A stretch of DNA of 64,000 nucleotides from Squalus acanthias (Eukaryota), in the NCBI GenBank assembly GCA_030390025.1, contig JASTWF010000353.1, positions 372,001-436,000 of the forward strand, written 5' to 3'. Position 1 is the stretch's first letter, and the number at the start of each line of letters is the position of its first letter. Below, in pieces: positions 60,399 to 64,000 of the stretch. The notes under the pieces are model-generated. The model did not search any database, had not been told where the DNA came from, and worked only from the letters and a program-made list of their open reading frames with translations. The position numbers and the translations under genes were made by a program.

Positions 60399-61179
60399 TG
60401 TAAGGGTGTGGTTGTTATAAAGTGAGCGGTTCGAATCGCTCCCACGCCCCAGGTTCAAAACTTGGACTTATTTAGGGGTTGTGAATAAAAATGCAGTAGG
60501 CCACAGGTTCCAATGAAAGAACTATAACTTTTATTAAAGTTAAAAGGTAACAAACTTAAACACACTTCACACTTAAACAGGTTTGGGGAGCACACGGTTA
60601 CAGGCGAGGAAAATGACAATATACAAGAAAAATAAAAACCTTTATCCCTCCCAAAACTTCCCACTTCTAGCTAGGTTTCGGTTTCAGGAGATCAGGGATA
60701 ATGCTCACCAGACAGGGGTATTAACAATCCGTGGTCCAGCCAAAGTCGATGGTGTTTCTGGTCATCGAACGTTTTCCTTCACCATGTGGCTTCTGGGCAG
60801 TGCTGCCAGAGACCCCTGCTTCCCGCGTAGTCGGTCGAGTCGAAAAGAGAAAGAAATCTTGGGTCCTGCCGCAATTATAGTGCTGTTCGTCCCCCCCGCC
60901 CTCCCCCCCCACCACAAACTCCTCATGAAAAAACTAGTTTCGTAATGCAGTGAGTTTTCAGGTGAGGCCAGTTCATTGTCTTGTTGAAAATTTTGATGGG
61001 CTCTGTGTTTTGGGTGGGGCAGTTTTTTCCCCAGAGCCTATTGTTCAAATGGTCATGTTTTGCTGGTCTTGAATTCCCAGACCAGATACATGTTCAGGCA
61101 TGTTCCTTTAAATTTCCAAAGTCCTTATTTTTTCCTTTCGATATATTTTTGGGGAACTGCAAATTTTGAAAATCTTACA
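60399..61179 (-). repeat. Provirus F 3' LTR (781 bp)
   Basis: TGTAAGGG...CTTACA; PPT adjacent; TATA-like 60871-60883; AATAAA 60530-60535. Confidence 0.85.
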
Positions 61180-61467
61180 GTCCCTCCTGCGATACTTCAG
61201 TTCACTACAGTATCGTCCTGGGTGGACAAAATTCCTGATCCCCGAAAACCAACCTTCCCCTGTATTACCTAAACTAAAACCCCAAACATACATTCCCCTT
61301 TAAATGTGGTGTTTTAGGTATATACAGGTAAGAAAATCTTTATTTCACAACCAAGCACGGAGAGGGTCCGACACCCCTGCACTGCTTGGGAAAACACATA
61401 TCTTTATTAAAAAGAACAAAACACAAAAAAGCAACAATCTTTATTCAGGAACTCAGAATAAAAAAAT

Positions 61468-63812
61468 TCAAACAGGTGTATCTCTCTCCACCTCAGCATA
61501 ATGCTTCCTCCAAGTCCTTTCATTTCGGAACTGTAGTATTCTGCCCTTTCCCTTGCACTGAGTGCACACCAGGTACAATACTATTCCCAGTTGGCAAACT
61601 ACGAGGAGGTGGGAAGCCATTCTGACCCATGAAGGGACCTCTATGTTTTCGAAGATGTCCCACCAGGGTGGGACTGTGATACCTTGAATCTCTCGCTCTA
61701 TCTCGTGTGTATTCTGTTCTAAAGTGTAGAAATGTTTTTGAGAGAGCTCTGCAGCCTTTAGTAACTTGGTAAGGCGTTCTGGTAGAGGGGGAATTTCATA
61801 GCCAAAATGTGCTACATATTTTTGCAGGTTGGTGAAATTTTGTGTTACAGTGAGGTGAACAGTGGAGGGTTCAAGTATGGGGACAATCCATTCCTGGGCC
61901 ACTTGAACTTCTGCCTCGGGTTTAAAGCAGAAACTGCTGTCACTTACCGGACACCAGAAGTGTCCATGCTGGTAGTGGGACGCACCTGTGGTGACACAAT
62001 ATGTCCCACCCCCTATATATGCTACCTGTGGGGAAACATGGCCGTGTGCCATCACCTCCATGGTACAATTGATAGGTCGTGCGCCAGCAGCTTTAAACCC
62101 GCACTGTGGTTTGGAATAGGCGTTCAAGTGCTGGGGACACAGTATTATGTGTGAACCCCGGCTCCAGCACCCGGATAGGTCAGTACCTGTCATGGCGTGC
62201 TCCCACTTTATGACATAAGGTGGGACCGCTGTAAAACGGATGTGTGCACCCCCTTGAATGACTCCAATGTTCTCCACCCTGTATACCGGTACGGGTCGGG
62301 CTGTCCCACTCATGACCGGCATTCTCACTACTATCCCCATGATAGTGTGATTTGAACGCCCACAATCTATTGGGACAGGGTAGGCTTCAGAGGCTAGACG
62401 AAATTGGCATGGGCTCAGCGAATTACTAAACGGGTGGAGGGCTGCGAGGTGCTTGTTGCTGATCCAGGAGGGGACTAAACCTTGCTTTAAATCCTCCAAG
62501 TTGCTACGGCCCTCGCCCAGCAATGATGCCCCGTACAGCACACACACCTCATTCTCTGCAGCCTGATCCGATGCATTCCTATCCTCCCGTATGAGTGCAT
62601 TTACTGTTTTGGCATGCGTTTCCAATTCTGCAATAATTTCCTTTAAATGAACCGTCATAGCTTGGTCCTCATGTAGCTCTGAGCCTACCACTGTGTTCCC
62701 ATCCTTCAGGATCTTAACTGGGTTTTTAAACCATTTATCTGTGTCTGTAATTCCATGTCATCCAGGCTATTTATTACAGAGGACCCTGTACTATAGGCAG
62801 TGAAGACATCATTCCAGGCTCCCCTTCTTTGTCTACCCATGCCCATAGGGATCTCAGGGTGTATTCTGTATAGCTCTACTTTGTCTATATTGGCAAAATC
62901 AAATTCGTAACATTTCCTAAACATTTCCTTTAGCAGGGCCTGGTACAGTTGCTCCGTCTCCTTAGGACACCACTCAGGTAAGTATACCTCGGTGAGGTTT
63001 AATATTACTGAAGCTACTGCATAGTGTACCCCCTGGTATAGTACCTTTTCAGTTGGTACTAGGACTAACCCATTCCCTGGTCCCTTGGTGGTGGTAGGAC
63101 ACTTTTCTTCCAGGGTTTTCGGTACCTGGGTCGTGGGTAGGGGCTTTCGGGTGTGTGCCACGAGTTCAGTGGCATTAACTGGGACCGGAATGTGTGGGAC
63201 CACGCACCCATGCAGGCTAGAATCCCACCCTATCCCCTCCCCGGCATCCTGCCATTGGCTGGAGAAGATGATGGATACCCCTGTGGGGCAGGCTTCCTCT
63301 GATCCCCACATACAAACATAGACTCCCTGTTCCGACTCCCACCACTTATCCCAACAAACACTGACTCCTCCTTGGGTCCCTGTGATTGTCCGGTGGGTGT
63401 CGTTCCCTAATCTTTCCCAGTCGGCTGTATGGTCCCCTGCGTCCCTGCTCAGCTTCCTGAGCCACCACCACCTATTCAGGGGAATTCGTCCCTTACAGGT
63501 AAGGCACACACGCTTCCCCTCGGTGACACTGACCCTTGTGGCAATGACCTGTATTCTAGGGCATGGGAGGGAGGCCTCCCCGTACGTGAACCCGGGCTGG
63601 TTGGAGTATTTAGTAGAGTTGGACCCCAGCCACCCTGGCCACCTTCCCTCGTGGAAGTAGATGGCGAGCTCCTCCACTCCCTGCTCGCCACCCCCTGCGG
63701 TGACGACTGGTGCTCTCACTCCTGAGCACCCATAGATGTGGGAGTCCTCCACGTCACCTCGCCTCCCAGCGCTCATTCCTATCAGAGCGAGTAGGAGTAT
63801 GCCCCCCTTCAT
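61468..63812 (-). pseudogene. env: Provirus F env, frameshift near 62700
   Basis: ORFs 62706-63926 and 61468-62691; MKGGILLL signal, EQGVYVC, RQRR, PPWW, TM. Confidence 0.88.
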
Positions 63813-64000
63813 ATCGACAATCCCTTCTGTAAGGGGACACAAGAGCATATAGCCAGGTCCCGAGTAGATTCTCTGGCTTGGGTGAAGCATAGTCGGGTCT
63901 TGCGACCTCGACTCAATACAAAACATTCTTGAAATTATAACATTTTAAAACTACCCACCACCTTACTTAAAATTTAACTAAAAACACCCAAACTTAACAA

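Larger units (their letters stand above)
60399..64000 (-). mobile_element. Provirus F, divergent sister family, 3' end only
   Basis: 781-bp 3' LTR, PPT CAGGAGGGAC, homologous but divergent env; cut by the window end. Confidence 0.9.

Noticed and set aside
58615..60458. Short ORFs in the satellite
   Set aside because: Translations of the tandem repeat

Overview
Eukaryotic (vertebrate, probably cartilaginous-fish) repeat-rich DNA with no host genes. About 85% of the window is a nest of six env-bearing LTR proviruses, labelled A-F here. Each has TG...CA LTRs of 0.8-1.8 kb; where the relevant ends are in the window they show 4-bp TSDs, a tRNA-Arg(TCG) PBS and a PPT. Gag is coiled-coil with a PSAP/PPxY late domain and one CCHC knuckle. 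Pol is PR-RT(YVDD)-degenerate RNase H tether-RNase H-IN with a long tail. Env has an Ig-like domain followed by a paramyxo/pneumovirus-F-like class I fusogen. This architecture best fits the lokiretrovirus lineage. Nesting: B (2582-15561) sits in the pol of A; A sits in the 3' LTR of C; E (35149-47980) sits in the RT of D; C, D and F sit in a 67-bp satellite. The satellite also carries a duplicated RTE LINE fragment and a hammerhead-bearing Penelope-like hairpin. Most notable: (1) the Gag start codon overlaps the PBS, so two tRNA-Arg isodecoders give two Gag N-termini; (2) Gag-Pol is joined in frame by UGA-CUAG readthrough; (3) Env is an Ig/F-like chimera; (4) swapped LTRs and TSDs show an inversion by recombination between C and D; (5) C has an in-frame replacement of pol by a coiled-coil segment. 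Family and host assignments come from motif recognition and recollection, not database searches.
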